From NCBI GenBank assembly GCA_963837955.1, contig CAWIPH010000002.1:64001-128000 (forward strand): DNA of 64,000 nt, in the 5' to 3' direction. The position numbers and the translations under genes were made by a program. This document shows positions 1 through 9,967 of this stretch, one piece after another. The stretch's first letter is position 1. Each line of letters begins with the position of its first letter. Under the pieces are notes generated by a model. The model worked only from the letters and a program-made list of their open reading frames with translations, was not told where the DNA came from and ran no database searches. The stretch comes from an uncultured Verrucomicrobiae bacterium. Lineage in GTDB: Bacteria; Verrucomicrobiota; Verrucomicrobiia; Chthoniobacterales; JAFAMB01.

Positions 1-60
1 GTTATAGTGGGATTTTTGTTTTTTGAGAAGTCCAAGCCGGCTTTTGCCGATGTGATGTAA
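1..60 (+). CDS. wzm: 3' end of ABC-2 polysaccharide export permease (Wzm), partial
   Basis: Frame 1 reads VIVGFLFFEKSKPAFADVM*, a typical Wzm C-terminus (F..K..FADV), ending 6 nt before wzt. Confidence 0.75.
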   Translation, partial: VIVGFLFFEKSKPAFADVM

Positions 61-66
61 GCCGCT

Positions 67-1503
67 GTGAGTAGCCTTTCTGACCTTTCTATTTGCGAGA
101 CGCCGCCGGTTGCTGCGCAGGAGACGTTGCTCAGTCTCGATCAAATCTCTAAGTCCTATCGGTTGTGGAACCGTCCTTATGACCGGCTCTTCTATGGGAT
201 CTGGAACCAGGTTCCTGGGTATGCTCCGGATCTGATCAGACGTCTGGCAAATCGTCAAAAGGCTGGACTCGGAAAGGAAGTTTTCGCCCTCGCTGAAGTG
301 ACTCTGTCGATTCGGAAAGGTGAAAGCGTTGGGATTATCGGCCGCAACGGCAGCGGAAAGAGTACCCTCTTGCAGCTTATTGCCGGGGTCCTTCAGCCTA
401 CTTCGGGACGAATTCGGGTGGATGCGAAGCGCGTAACAGCTTTGCTTGAATTGGGCAGTGGGTTTGATCCGAATTTCACGGGGCGGCAAAACGTTCTGCT
501 GCACGGTTCACTGCTTGGTCTCACCGAGGAAGAGAATCACGCGCGGCTTAGTGAGGTCCTTGATTTCTCTGAGATCGGCGATTATTTCGATCGCCCGGTC
601 AAGACCTATAGCAGTGGCATGATAGTTCGACTAGCGTTTGCGTCTTCCATCACCGTCCGAGCCGATTTATTGATCGTGGACGAGGCGCTAGCGGTCGGCG
701 ACATCTTCTTTCAGCAGAAGTGCTTTCACAAGATTCGGGAGTTGGTCAAGGCCGGAGTGACCATCCTGCTCGTCTCGCATGACTTGCGCTCGATCAGCGA
801 GTTTTGTGATGAGACGCTTTTGCTGGACCACGGTCGGGTCATCTTCTTCGGAGACTCTAACGTGGCGATTGACCGCTACTACGGCATGACAAAATCGTTC
901 ATTTTGGCCGCGCCGGGCGGAGCACGGAAACAGGCTCCGGCCTCGAGCCTATCATCTGTCGAGGAACCTCCCCCGGTGCTGATGGAGTCGATTCCCCGGC
1001 CAAAGGTGGTTCCATATGAAGACGCCGTTGCGACGTTCCTTCATTTCGCTCTCCTGAATCATGAAGGAAAGCCTACGAACCTGTTTCGACAAGGCGAATG
1101 GCTGACGTTGCTCTTTGACGTCGAAGTGTTGGCTGACGTCGAAAACTTAAGCGCAGGGGTTGTCTTTCGGGATGACCGGAGAACGTTTTTGCACAGCAAG
1201 TACGAATTTCAGACTGATCTAAGGAGTCTGCGCATTGGCAAAAAGGGAGATCATTTTAGAGTCAGTTATGAGGTTCGTCTCGATGTCGCGCCGGGCCACT
1301 ATACCCTATCGCTTGACCTGATATCTGTGCCCGCCGAGGCAATAGCTGGCGGAAAATTGGCCTTTCTCGATTACGAACGCCATTTCCGTCGCGTTTGTCA
1401 TGCTGGAGATCTTGTTGCGATCACCGTGGGCTTTAATCCTAGCCGTGAAGGCGCGGAATTCTCTCACCTCGGGCTCTTCGACCTGCCCACCCGTTTCGAC
1501 TGA
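67..1503 (+). CDS. wzt: Polysaccharide ABC transporter ATP-binding protein with C-terminal Wzt-C-like domain
   Basis: Walker A GRNGSGKS, ALLELGSGF, signature YSSGM, Walker B LIVDEALAVGD, FQQKC; ~170-aa C-terminal extension. Confidence 0.93.
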   Translation: MSSLSDLSICETPPVAAQETLLSLDQISKSYRLWNRPYDRLFYGIWNQVPGYAPDLIRRLANRQKAGLGKEVFALAEVTLSIRKGESVGIIGRNGSGKSTLLQLIAGVLQPTSGRIRVDAKRVTALLELGSGFDPNFTGRQNVLLHGSLLGLTEEENHARLSEVLDFSEIGDYFDRPVKTYSSGMIVRLAFASSITVRADLLIVDEALAVGDIFFQQKCFHKIRELVKAGVTILLVSHDLRSISEFCDETLLLDHGRVIFFGDSNVAIDRYYGMTKSFILAAPGGARKQAPASSLSSVEEPPPVLMESIPRPKVVPYEDAVATFLHFALLNHEGKPTNLFRQGEWLTLLFDVEVLADVENLSAGVVFRDDRRTFLHSKYEFQTDLRSLRIGKKGDHFRVSYEVRLDVAPGHYTLSLDLISVPAEAIAGGKLAFLDYERHFRRVCHAGDLVAITVGFNPSREGAEFSHLGLFDLPTRFD

Positions 1504-1542
1504 TTGGAACTCCCGATACCGGCGAGATAGAAACGTCGATTT

Positions 1543-2478
1543 CTACCTCGATAATGAGGCCGCCCGGAAGCGCGGCAGTTCTCCCTGGCACCAGTGAAAT
1601 GCTTTCAAGAACAATTGATAGTCGTGAAAGAAAAGGATTTTTCCCCAACCCACTTTTGACGCACTCGTCAGATTTGTTGCCATCCGAACGAACTCTTCCC
1701 CTTCGACCCGAAAGATGATGATATGCCAGTAATACTCTCGGTCGCGCATTTCGCCAATGACGTCGGATGAGTTAAAAGGCCGTTGGATCTTGCTATTGCG
1801 GTCTTCTCCCTGGAATTCGGCTTGAACGACGGCTGGACGAACTGAACCGAGTCCCCGCACGACCTCAAGCTCGAGTCCTTTGGCGTCAATCTTCAGAAAA
1901 TCGATGCTCCCCGGGACCGTTCCGGACGCGGCCAGGGCTGCGAGGGTCGTTGCCGTCGAGGAGTTCGATTCGGGGGATCCAAGCGCTAAATTGAAGATTC
2001 TAACACGTGGTCGACCAGCCATTCGAGCGTTCAATCTTTCGAAGGTTTCGGGTACTGCTTCAAAGCAAAACACCTCATAGCCGATATCCAGAACTGCCTC
2101 TGCAAAGTCACCCGAGTTGGCGCCGACGTCGAAAAGCACACGGTTCGGAAGGAAGTTGTAAAGGAATCCAGCCAAATCAGATTCTGGCTCACTTTGCGAG
2201 AACATATCGGTCCACAACCATGGTTCGGCCCGACCAGCAGACCAAGCCATAACCGATTTGAGGCGGTTCACATGTTCAGAAAGTCGCCGAATTTGGTCCT
2301 TGGTTCTAATGCCCGTCTGTTCAGTTCTACCAAGGCCCGATTCCAGCCGCCCCAAATGGTTTTCCAGCCGTCCCAAATGGCTGATTGTAACTTCCAGTTT
2401 GTGGCGGACGTCATCTATCCCCAAACCGCTTTGGGCTCTTCGGGAAATTGAGTCTCTAATTTTGTTTACGATCGACAT
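1543..2478 (-). CDS. FkbM-family methyltransferase with N-terminal heptad/coiled-coil segment
   Basis: FDVGANSG, CFEA, FLKIDAKG; ATG at 2478 preceded by SD AGGAGGTG; HLGRLEN-HLGRLES-GLGRTEQ heptads. Confidence 0.8.
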   Translation of the reverse strand: MSIVNKIRDSISRRAQSGLGIDDVRHKLEVTISHLGRLENHLGRLESGLGRTEQTGIRTKDQIRRLSEHVNRLKSVMAWSAGRAEPWLWTDMFSQSEPESDLAGFLYNFLPNRVLFDVGANSGDFAEAVLDIGYEVFCFEAVPETFERLNARMAGRPRVRIFNLALGSPESNSSTATTLAALAASGTVPGSIDFLKIDAKGLELEVVRGLGSVRPAVVQAEFQGEDRNSKIQRPFNSSDVIGEMRDREYYWHIIIFRVEGEEFVRMATNLTSASKVGWGKILFFHDYQLFLKAFHWCQGELPRFRAASLSR

Positions 2479-2601
2479 GAAAGGTTCACCTCCTAAACCC
2501 GTAACAGCCTCATTAGAAGCTGATCCGGCCCAGTATGTCAAAATCCTGCCTCCTCGGCGGCTGAAGCTCTGGCCTGTTTCATGCTAGGGAGGTAGGGAAC
2601 C

Positions 2602-3492
2602 ATGGATGTGGCACATTTCCCCCTCTTCCTTCACTGTCATATCCCAAAGACGGCCGGTGTAAGTGTAGGCCAGCTTCTTGATTCCACTTTTCATCCTTAT
2701 CACTTCAATCATTACCATTCTGATCCCCTCTATGTTTTGACTCCTCCAAGGCTCGAGACACTTCTCAAGATCACACCAACGCTAAGGTCAATCTCTTCGC
2801 ATAGCCTGCGCACCTTTCCGCGTCAGGTCTGCGGTCGGAAAACCTGTTATATCACTTTTCTTCGTGATCCTACGGCTGCGTTTGTCTCGCTGCTGAAATA
2901 TTGCCGTGCTGAATACCGAGCAGGACACCTTTCGGCGGAAGCGCGATGGATGTGGCCGGATGACACTCCAACCCGAAGTCTGCGCGATCTTGCTGAATGG
3001 TTTCTCGACCAGATCGGAGCTGAGAATTCCTATTCGCCGCAAACGCGTTTTTTCTGTTCTCCGGAATCAATGCGAAAAGCTGGTTTCACGGTGGAACATC
3101 AGTATGGCGAAGATTGCTTCGAAGTGGCCTCTATGATCTTAGAAAGATTTTTGTTTGTCGGGGTTACCGAGCAGATAGAGAAAAGCGTCAAGCTGCTGAT
3201 CGGCAAGCTAAAGAAACTCGGCATCCAGGTACAGGAACCCGCGTTACCCCACTCGAATCGATCCAGTTCGAGCGAGGATCTTTCCTGGCTGACGATGAGG
3301 GACAAGGTCGGAAAACGTGTGCTAACCTGCAACGAGGTTGACCAGCAGCTTTACGATCGATTCCGGCTCGCTCTGGAACGCGAATATGCTCGGTTTCAGG
3401 AATCGGCTGAAATTTTGGATATTTCCGAGGCTGAACAAACTGCCGGGCCGATCTGTGAATGGGCTGCGTCTAGGTTTCTGGAGAAGGTTTAA
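2602..3492 (+). CDS. Sulfotransferase family 2 protein
   Basis: 5'-PSB motif HIPKTAG, 3'-PB-like FLRDP...VS, FVGVTE, D..LY; SD GGAGG upstream. Confidence 0.8.
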   Translation: MDVAHFPLFLHCHIPKTAGVSVGQLLDSTFHPYHFNHYHSDPLYVLTPPRLETLLKITPTLRSISSHSLRTFPRQVCGRKTCYITFLRDPTAAFVSLLKYCRAEYRAGHLSAEARWMWPDDTPTRSLRDLAEWFLDQIGAENSYSPQTRFFCSPESMRKAGFTVEHQYGEDCFEVASMILERFLFVGVTEQIEKSVKLLIGKLKKLGIQVQEPALPHSNRSSSSEDLSWLTMRDKVGKRVLTCNEVDQQLYDRFRLALEREYARFQESAEILDISEAEQTAGPICEWAASRFLEKV

Positions 3493-3546
3493 AGCACACA
3501 GAGAGCGAATTTTTGATCCGGCAGATGCACAATTCGGGACAAACCT

Positions 3547-4947
3547 TTACCAGAGACCGGCGGTGAGCAGGGCCTCTCGGGCAAACACCGCGTCCTGTTG
3601 AATGAGTCGACCGGTTGGAGAGTGTCGCCAACAACCGGCATTGTCGAAATACTCAAACCCGAGGTCGCGAAGCTTTGCCATCATTTCGAAAAATGTCTTT
3701 GCCGTCGGCGCATATCGGCCCATCGAGAGTTCAAGGCAAATAACATCGACTTGCTGCAAGAATCGAGTGGCGCCATCCAGGACGAGATGCTCCCCGAACT
3801 GTACATCGATTTTCAGCAGCCCTTTCCCCGAAATCGATTGTTGAGAACTGATTTCGTCCAGCGTGCGGACCGGAACCAGAACACGCTCCCACTGACGGTC
3901 GGGGGAGTGCTCGGCACCATCCAGAAAGCTACTTGAATAAAGATCTGGAGAGACATTCAATTCTGTCTCTGAGTTTTTGTCACCCGCGGCACTTGCGATA
4001 GCGACATATTCCGGGTGCAGCGTGTATATAGAGTTATCCAGTTGCCGGTATTTCTCGAGCAACGGCTCGATCAAATAGAACCGGCTATTTGGGAAAACTC
4101 GGCTAGCGATGAGAGACCAGTAGCCGGTTGAGGCTCCGACATCGACGATAAATTCTGGCCGATATCCCGCCGCTCTTAGCCGATAGAGAAAATGGAAACA
4201 TGGGTGCATGCTCCAGTGGATGCTTCTTGGTGCCGATGGATCTACGTAGGGGGCCGTACGATCTGCAGTTTCTCGACTCGCACGCTTCTCGGGCTCATCG
4301 CTAGCCGGAAAACCGTCCTCCAAGGAATCCAGGATGAGGCGCAGGATTTCGTTACTTTGCCGCGAGCCCTTTTCGCCGGGGGTTTTCTCGGCGAGTGAGA
4401 ATTCCGGCAAGAGCCAGACAGGTTTACCCACGCTGGTTTGCACATAGGAGCGAGTCGACGCCGACACAGCGAAGGTGATTCTGGCCTTCCCGAGAGCCTC
4501 TGCCAAAAGGCCGCCGGCCCGGTTATCCTTTTGAAAGCAGTTGTCCTGGGCCAAGACGAGAGCCATCGGCGATCCCGTAATATCGGCGGTCGCAGTTGCC
4601 GCGAAAAGACCTTCGGCATCCTTGGCTACAGCCACTACCCGATCGATTCGATATCTATTCAGAATCTCAGCAATCCGGAAATAGGCCAAGGACCGCCCTT
4701 TGGTATTTCCCTCAATTAATGGAATGTCCGGAATGGGTAACTCTGTTTCGGCCTCTTTGGCGTCGACGAAGAGGGCGACCAAGTTGTTTCCGGTAAATAA
4801 TCGCGAGCTATCGAGGTGAGCGAATGACTGACTATGCGGATCGGATGGGACCACCAGAAAACAAGCCGCGGACGATCGAGGTTCGTCGGCCCTTATTTTG
4901 GATTTCCCTGCGGTGCCGAAAAATTTATGAAAATCGAGCGATGCCAT
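3547..4947 (-). CDS. FkbM methyltransferase with N-terminal partial glycosyltransferase-like domain
   Basis: C-terminal IVDVGASTG, LIEP, LLKIDVQFGE; N-terminal part resembles the neighbouring 5780-6970 protein. Confidence 0.8.
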   Translation of the reverse strand: MASLDFHKFFGTAGKSKIRADEPRSSAACFLVVPSDPHSQSFAHLDSSRLFTGNNLVALFVDAKEAETELPIPDIPLIEGNTKGRSLAYFRIAEILNRYRIDRVVAVAKDAEGLFAATATADITGSPMALVLAQDNCFQKDNRAGGLLAEALGKARITFAVSASTRSYVQTSVGKPVWLLPEFSLAEKTPGEKGSRQSNEILRLILDSLEDGFPASDEPEKRASRETADRTAPYVDPSAPRSIHWSMHPCFHFLYRLRAAGYRPEFIVDVGASTGYWSLIASRVFPNSRFYLIEPLLEKYRQLDNSIYTLHPEYVAIASAAGDKNSETELNVSPDLYSSSFLDGAEHSPDRQWERVLVPVRTLDEISSQQSISGKGLLKIDVQFGEHLVLDGATRFLQQVDVICLELSMGRYAPTAKTFFEMMAKLRDLGFEYFDNAGCWRHSPTGRLIQQDAVFAREALLTAGLW

Positions 4948-4987
4948 CGAATAAAATTCTATCTAATGCCTGTTTGAGAGCCGGACC

Positions 4988-5746
4988 TCAATGACGCCCC
5001 ACAATAAAATACCGTGGATCTTGGAACAACGGGAGATCGCTCCGCGCGAAAAGAAGGTCGAATTGCCAGAAGGCGCTGTCTACTTCGCGATAGAGGATGT
5101 CAAAAACGTCCAGGGGACGAAAGCCTAAGTCGAGCATATAGCGGCAAAGGTCCCAGAATGGAACGGCTGGTCCGCCGAAGGTGAAATTGTAAGCCTCAAT
5201 TACGATTATGTTCGTTTGTTTCAAGGTCTTGCTAGCGCCACTTAGGATGGGAATCTCGACTCCGTGGGTGTCCAGTTTGATCATGAACGGCCCGGGGAGC
5301 GATTGACTTTCTACCAGGCTGTCGATTGTGTTGACCGGACAAGGCTGGTAGTTCTGATTCAACGGACTTTCAGCCAGATGGCCGACCAGTGGATCCGAGG
5401 CATCGAAATAAAGTTGGCCCGCCTTGGCTCCTACGGCGGTAACGGCAAAATGCCAGTTAGGGTTCTTCCGGCAGACCTCGGTGAGTTTCGGGAGATGAAT
5501 TTGGTTTGCGTCTACCAGCAGATGCTCTCTACCGGGAAAATATCTGGCAAAAGCTTTAGACCAGATGCCGTCAGAGGCGCCGATGTCGATCAACGATGCG
5601 ATTTCGATCTGGTGACCCTGCAAACGACGGAGCGCGTCATCCCGAGTAGGTTCAGCACCTCCCAGCCGGTGAGCGCGCACCTGGATGCCAAATAATCGGC
5701 CGCAGATCGAGTTGATGATCGAAAACGCAAAGGCTACCAGGTTCAT
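4988..5746 (-). CDS. FkbM-family methyltransferase
   Basis: LIDIGASDG, MIKLDTHGVE, WQFDLLF. Confidence 0.88.
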   Translation of the reverse strand: MNLVAFAFSIINSICGRLFGIQVRAHRLGGAEPTRDDALRRLQGHQIEIASLIDIGASDGIWSKAFARYFPGREHLLVDANQIHLPKLTEVCRKNPNWHFAVTAVGAKAGQLYFDASDPLVGHLAESPLNQNYQPCPVNTIDSLVESQSLPGPFMIKLDTHGVEIPILSGASKTLKQTNIIVIEAYNFTFGGPAVPFWDLCRYMLDLGFRPLDVFDILYREVDSAFWQFDLLFARSDLPLFQDPRYFIVGRH

Positions 5747-5779
5747 CTTCCGGGGCGATCGATGCCCTAACAGCCTCCG

Positions 5780-6970
5780 TCAACTGAAAATGCGTTCGAA
5801 TCGCTCATCGATCGGGTGACCGCATTCCAATGAACGCCAGATGAAGTCGGCCAACCCGTGCGAAGAAAACGCTGCGCTGAGTTGGTTGGCATGAATGCGG
5901 ATCTCATTGAAACGGGACGGGCTGGTAACCTGGTGAACCGCCCTTTGGAGTGCGCCCGAATCGTAGGGACATGATGTCCCAAGATCAAGTTTGCGAACGA
6001 ATTTGGCGGCCGCCGTTTCTTCGTGGCCAAGCACGATAATAGGAATATTGGCGGTGGCCATCAGGTAAATGATCCGGGACGGCAAGCTGGACTTGGCCAG
6101 CCAGTTGTGGCTGCTGCCTTTTTCTAACGTCCCGCTCGGAACGATCGCAAAATCGGCGTTGCGCAGCTCTTCCACCAGCTCCGGGTCGGGCAGCATCGAG
6201 CGAAGGTAGATACCTTCGGACTCCAGTTCCGGAGGATCGAGGACAATAAATGGTTTCCCCGCGTTGCCGAACCAGTCGACCGATAGACCGGAAGCCCGGA
6301 CAGTTGCTCGAAAACTGTTTAGCATGTCCAGGCTCCAGACGTTTCCAATCAAAGCTCCTCTAGGTGATTGGCGCTTATATCGAGCCAACCCGCTCGGGGC
6401 GAACAATGCAGGATTGGCCACCGGGGGTATAATCCAAAATTTAGTCTTAAACTTCTCACCGTAAGCGCGACAGAGAGGCTCCGAAATCGCGAAGCGAATA
6501 TTGGCTTGGGCGACCAAGGCTGACATCAAGTCATCAGATATTTCCTGTACGTGAATGTTTTGATCATCCATTACGTAGAGGGCGATCGGCGCGTCAAAAA
6601 TCTGGGCTGCCGCTAAAGTGGAGAGGACATCGTCGGGGTAGAAGGGCACCGAAAGAATTCTTCTTATCCCGGCCCCGCTCAGCTGGGCTCGGATTTCCTT
6701 CCGAGCGCTTTCCAAAGAGCCGCCCGGATGCTCTACGTGAAGAGAGTGATCACCGATCTCATTCCGCTCGAAAAACTTCCGAGAATGGCAAATCAGGAGT
6801 TGTTCTTCTTCTTGAAAGATGTTCTTTAGCAGCGCTCCGGTACCGTGACGAAGAGAGACTTCCGCGTGAGTTACTAACAGAGATGCCCGATCGAAATCGG
6901 CCAGATCGCGTTGAGCGGCGGCTTTTGCTGGGGCGCCTTTCCAGAATTTTCTAATAACCTTCAACATCAA
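5780..6970 (-). CDS. Putative GT-B fold glycosyltransferase
   Basis: GT-B-like layout with ADFAIVP...SSLPSRIIYLMATANIPII motif; glycan-locus context. Confidence 0.55.
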   Translation of the reverse strand: MMLKVIRKFWKGAPAKAAAQRDLADFDRASLLVTHAEVSLRHGTGALLKNIFQEEEQLLICHSRKFFERNEIGDHSLHVEHPGGSLESARKEIRAQLSGAGIRRILSVPFYPDDVLSTLAAAQIFDAPIALYVMDDQNIHVQEISDDLMSALVAQANIRFAISEPLCRAYGEKFKTKFWIIPPVANPALFAPSGLARYKRQSPRGALIGNVWSLDMLNSFRATVRASGLSVDWFGNAGKPFIVLDPPELESEGIYLRSMLPDPELVEELRNADFAIVPSGTLEKGSSHNWLAKSSLPSRIIYLMATANIPIIVLGHEETAAAKFVRKLDLGTSCPYDSGALQRAVHQVTSPSRFNEIRIHANQLSAAFSSHGLADFIWRSLECGHPIDERFERIFS

Positions 6971-7060
6971 CTCGCCTGGTAGTATTTGCGATTTACTGGC
7001 TGTTCAGCCTTACTTAGAGCAGACTTCCGACAAATCCTTCAGCAAAATCCACAGACTTCT

Positions 7061-8287
7061 ATGGGATTGGACGTTCCAGTTCTGTTTCTCATTTTTAACC
7101 GTCCCGAATTGACGCACCAAGTCTTTCAAACGATTCGCGCCTCTCGGCCTGCCCGACTCTATATCGCCGCCGACGGGCCCCGAGCGGAGAAAGCCGGAGA
7201 GTGGAAGCTTTGCGCTGAAACCCGGGAGGTTGCAAAGAAAATAGATTGGTCCTGTGAGCTCAAAACTCTGTTTCGAGACGACAATCTCGGGTGCGGACAA
7301 GCCGTCAGCGAAGCGATCGGTTGGTTTTTCGATCATGAGGAAAAAGGGATCATTTTGGAAGATGACTGTCTGCCGGACGCGAGCTTTTATCCATTTTGTG
7401 GCGAAATGTTGGATCGATTTCAGGATGAGGATCGGGTTGGGTCGATTTCCGGGAACAACTTTTTGCCTCCTTCCTTGCATGCTTCTCAGCCTTATCTCTT
7501 CTCCAAGTACGTTCAAATCTGGGGTTGGGCGACCTGGAGGAGGTTTTGGAAGTTCTATGACTTTGATCTGAAGGGCGAAGAAGAAGAATGGGAAAAGATC
7601 ATTCGCCGGGTAAATCCCGTTGATAAGCACGCCCGTTATTGGCTCGAAATTTTTCGTGCGCTGCGATCAGGGCTCATTGATACCTGGGATTACCAGGTGA
7701 TGTTTTCCGCTTGGAAGGCCGACTTGGTTCACATTTATCCGAGTCGAAATCTCATGTCGAATCTTGGTTATGGCGACCATGCGACTCACACCAACTTCGA
7801 GAGCCCAGTCGCTCAGCTCGCGACCGGATCGATCGAGAATTTTCAGGTCACCCTTCCGGTGGTGATTGATCCGATGCTCGATGACGCGACCTTCTATTTT
7901 CGGTTTCTTGAATCGCTGACCAACGTCTGGTGGTTGGAGCAGGCCTTGGACCTCACTGAGAAATTGGCTTGGAGCCGTTGGCAAATTAACCAAGCTCAAA
8001 AGGAAGTCACCCAGCTCAAGGAGGTCTGTGACGACCAGGCTCGACAGGTCGCGAAAATTGCGGCGACCAGGTCCAGAGCAATCTACCGAACCAACCTGGT
8101 ATTGTTGTTGTCGCACTGGGTCTATACAATGCGCGAAGCGTTAACGTTGGCTCGTACCCGATTCAACCGAATGATTGGAAGACGGCGTCTGAGTGACCGA
8201 GGAACTTCTGGAACGGACACAGAGGAAAAGAAACAGCTCGTTTCGCCGGAAATCGAGCGAGCCGGCCGCGTTCATCCCGACCGATGA
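7061..8287 (+). CDS. Nucleotide-diphospho-sugar transferase (GT2-like) with C-terminal coiled-coil-like extension
   Basis: PVLFLIFNRP, YIAADGPR, NLGCG, GIILEDDCLP, IWGWATW, DTWDYQ. Confidence 0.82.
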   Translation: MGLDVPVLFLIFNRPELTHQVFQTIRASRPARLYIAADGPRAEKAGEWKLCAETREVAKKIDWSCELKTLFRDDNLGCGQAVSEAIGWFFDHEEKGIILEDDCLPDASFYPFCGEMLDRFQDEDRVGSISGNNFLPPSLHASQPYLFSKYVQIWGWATWRRFWKFYDFDLKGEEEEWEKIIRRVNPVDKHARYWLEIFRALRSGLIDTWDYQVMFSAWKADLVHIYPSRNLMSNLGYGDHATHTNFESPVAQLATGSIENFQVTLPVVIDPMLDDATFYFRFLESLTNVWWLEQALDLTEKLAWSRWQINQAQKEVTQLKEVCDDQARQVAKIAATRSRAIYRTNLVLLLSHWVYTMREALTLARTRFNRMIGRRRLSDRGTSGTDTEEKKQLVSPEIERAGRVHPDR

Positions 8288-8323
8288 CCTCTTTGGGAAG
8301 TTGCGAAGCTACGATCTAGTCTG

Positions 8324-9166
8324 ATGAAGACCAAGCATAAGATCGCAACGGCCAAGATCGCTTACCGGGTCTTGCGCGGGTGTCGACGGGTGGTTGGTGC
8401 TGGTGACGAAGTAACGGTAACCCGCGGAAGGGTACGTTACCGTTTGGATCTCTCCCAGGGCATCGATTTCGCCATCTTTCTTGGTCAATACGAACCTCAA
8501 ACGATTGCTGCATGCCGGCGCCACATCCTACCGGGCCAAAATGTTTTGGATATCGGTGCTAACATCGGAGCGCACACGTTGAATTTTGCTCGTCTGGTTG
8601 GTCGAGCTGGACACGTATATGCTTTTGAGCCGACAGATTTCGCTTTTTCCAAGCTGATTCGTAATCTGAACCTCAATCCAGACTTAGTGTCGCGCGTCAG
8701 TGCCTTTCAATGTTTCCTGGGAGCCAAAGATGGAGTACCGACCAGCTCGCCGGTCTATTCAAGTTGGCCGTTGGTTGGAGGAACGGAACTCCACCAAAAA
8801 CATTTAGGGCAACCGATGTCGATCAGCAAGAGTCGCCAGCGGACAATGGATAACATTCTGGCGGAGCATGGCCGGCCTAAGATTCACTTTGTGAAGCTCG
8901 ATGTGGATGGATTCGAATGTGAGGTTCTCGCGGGCGCGCAAGAGATGATATCCCGCAATCCTCCAGTGTTTGTCATGGAGCTCGCTCCCTACGTTTTAGA
9001 AGAGCGGGGCGCATCGCTCGGAGAGCTGGTGGAATACTTTGTAAAGTTCGGATATAAATTTTTCCGTGAGCACGACGATGCCCCATTACCGCGAGAGGTT
9101 AAGCAACTCGCGGCACTCGTTGGCGATGGAGAGGGAATGAACGTAATTGCTCGGCCGGAATCGTGA
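8324..9166 (+). CDS. FkbM-family methyltransferase
   Basis: VLDIGANIGAHT, YAFEP, FVKLDVDGFE. Confidence 0.9.
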   Translation: MKTKHKIATAKIAYRVLRGCRRVVGAGDEVTVTRGRVRYRLDLSQGIDFAIFLGQYEPQTIAACRRHILPGQNVLDIGANIGAHTLNFARLVGRAGHVYAFEPTDFAFSKLIRNLNLNPDLVSRVSAFQCFLGAKDGVPTSSPVYSSWPLVGGTELHQKHLGQPMSISKSRQRTMDNILAEHGRPKIHFVKLDVDGFECEVLAGAQEMISRNPPVFVMELAPYVLEERGASLGELVEYFVKFGYKFFREHDDAPLPREVKQLAALVGDGEGMNVIARPES

Positions 9167-9268
9167 GCAATAACCGCCGGGTCTATGGGAACGGCTCAAA
9201 CCGGGAATTAAAAGAGCGTACTGACTGCTGAGGTTGCCGAATTGGGCACCGTATTGTCGCTGAAGCTG

Positions 9269-9958
9269 CTAAATTCCAAACGGGTTGTAAGGTAGCGGCG
9301 GCGGTGCGGGTGTACGAACCCCGTAAAGCGACTGCGCTCCGGTGACATCGTCATTGGTGAGGTCATCGGTATTGCTGACCGATGAGTTCATGATCGCGTT
9401 GACTGCTTGACCGGCGATATCGGGGTGATCGAGACCAAGCAGGTGACCGGTCTCGTGTAGCATCACTCGCCGGATATCCATGGCTCGGAAATAAAGAGCT
9501 CCGCGATACGAGTTCCAACGGACCGTTTGGTTAAAGACGATATCTGCCTCGGTAAATACCTGAGCCGGGGTCGAGCCGGTATTAATATAATAATAAATGG
9601 TTATTCCCAGCGTATCGGCGTCCAGTTTGCTGCCGGCTGCGCTCGAGCCGAAGAAGATTTTGTTGAACCCGTTTCCGAAAGTGCCGCCGGCAGGATTGTT
9701 TCCTTGGTAAGGATAAAGCGACACCCAAAGAATGTATTGGTTCCAGTCCTCAATCGCGTGGTAATAGACCTGCTGGTAGGTGTAGGAACCGTCAGTCAAC
9801 GGAAATCCGCGCGGATTCGTTAGCCGATAAGTCGTCGCGTTCAGGTTCATAATGATCCCAAGGTAACCGGCCGGCCAAACCGGACCCTCCAGAACATACG
9901 CTTCTGCGGAACCCGCGATAACACCGAGGAACGCTGCAAACAGTAAAAATCTTTTCAT
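9269..9958 (-). CDS. Secreted matrixin-family (M10-like metzincin) metalloprotease
   Basis: Signal peptide ending AEA; EADIVFN; HETGHLLGLDH zinc motif; Met-turn AIMNS. Confidence 0.85.
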   Translation of the reverse strand: MKRFLLFAAFLGVIAGSAEAYVLEGPVWPAGYLGIIMNLNATTYRLTNPRGFPLTDGSYTYQQVYYHAIEDWNQYILWVSLYPYQGNNPAGGTFGNGFNKIFFGSSAAGSKLDADTLGITIYYYINTGSTPAQVFTEADIVFNQTVRWNSYRGALYFRAMDIRRVMLHETGHLLGLDHPDIAGQAVNAIMNSSVSNTDDLTNDDVTGAQSLYGVRTPAPPPLPYNPFGI

Positions 9959-9967
9959 GAACGAGAT

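Noticed and set aside
7010..8116. Long antisense ORFs (e.g. 7010-7630, 7667-8116; likewise 10945-11595, 49526-50167, 54652-55257)
   Set aside because: Shadow frames of well-supported genes on the opposite strand, with no family motifs.
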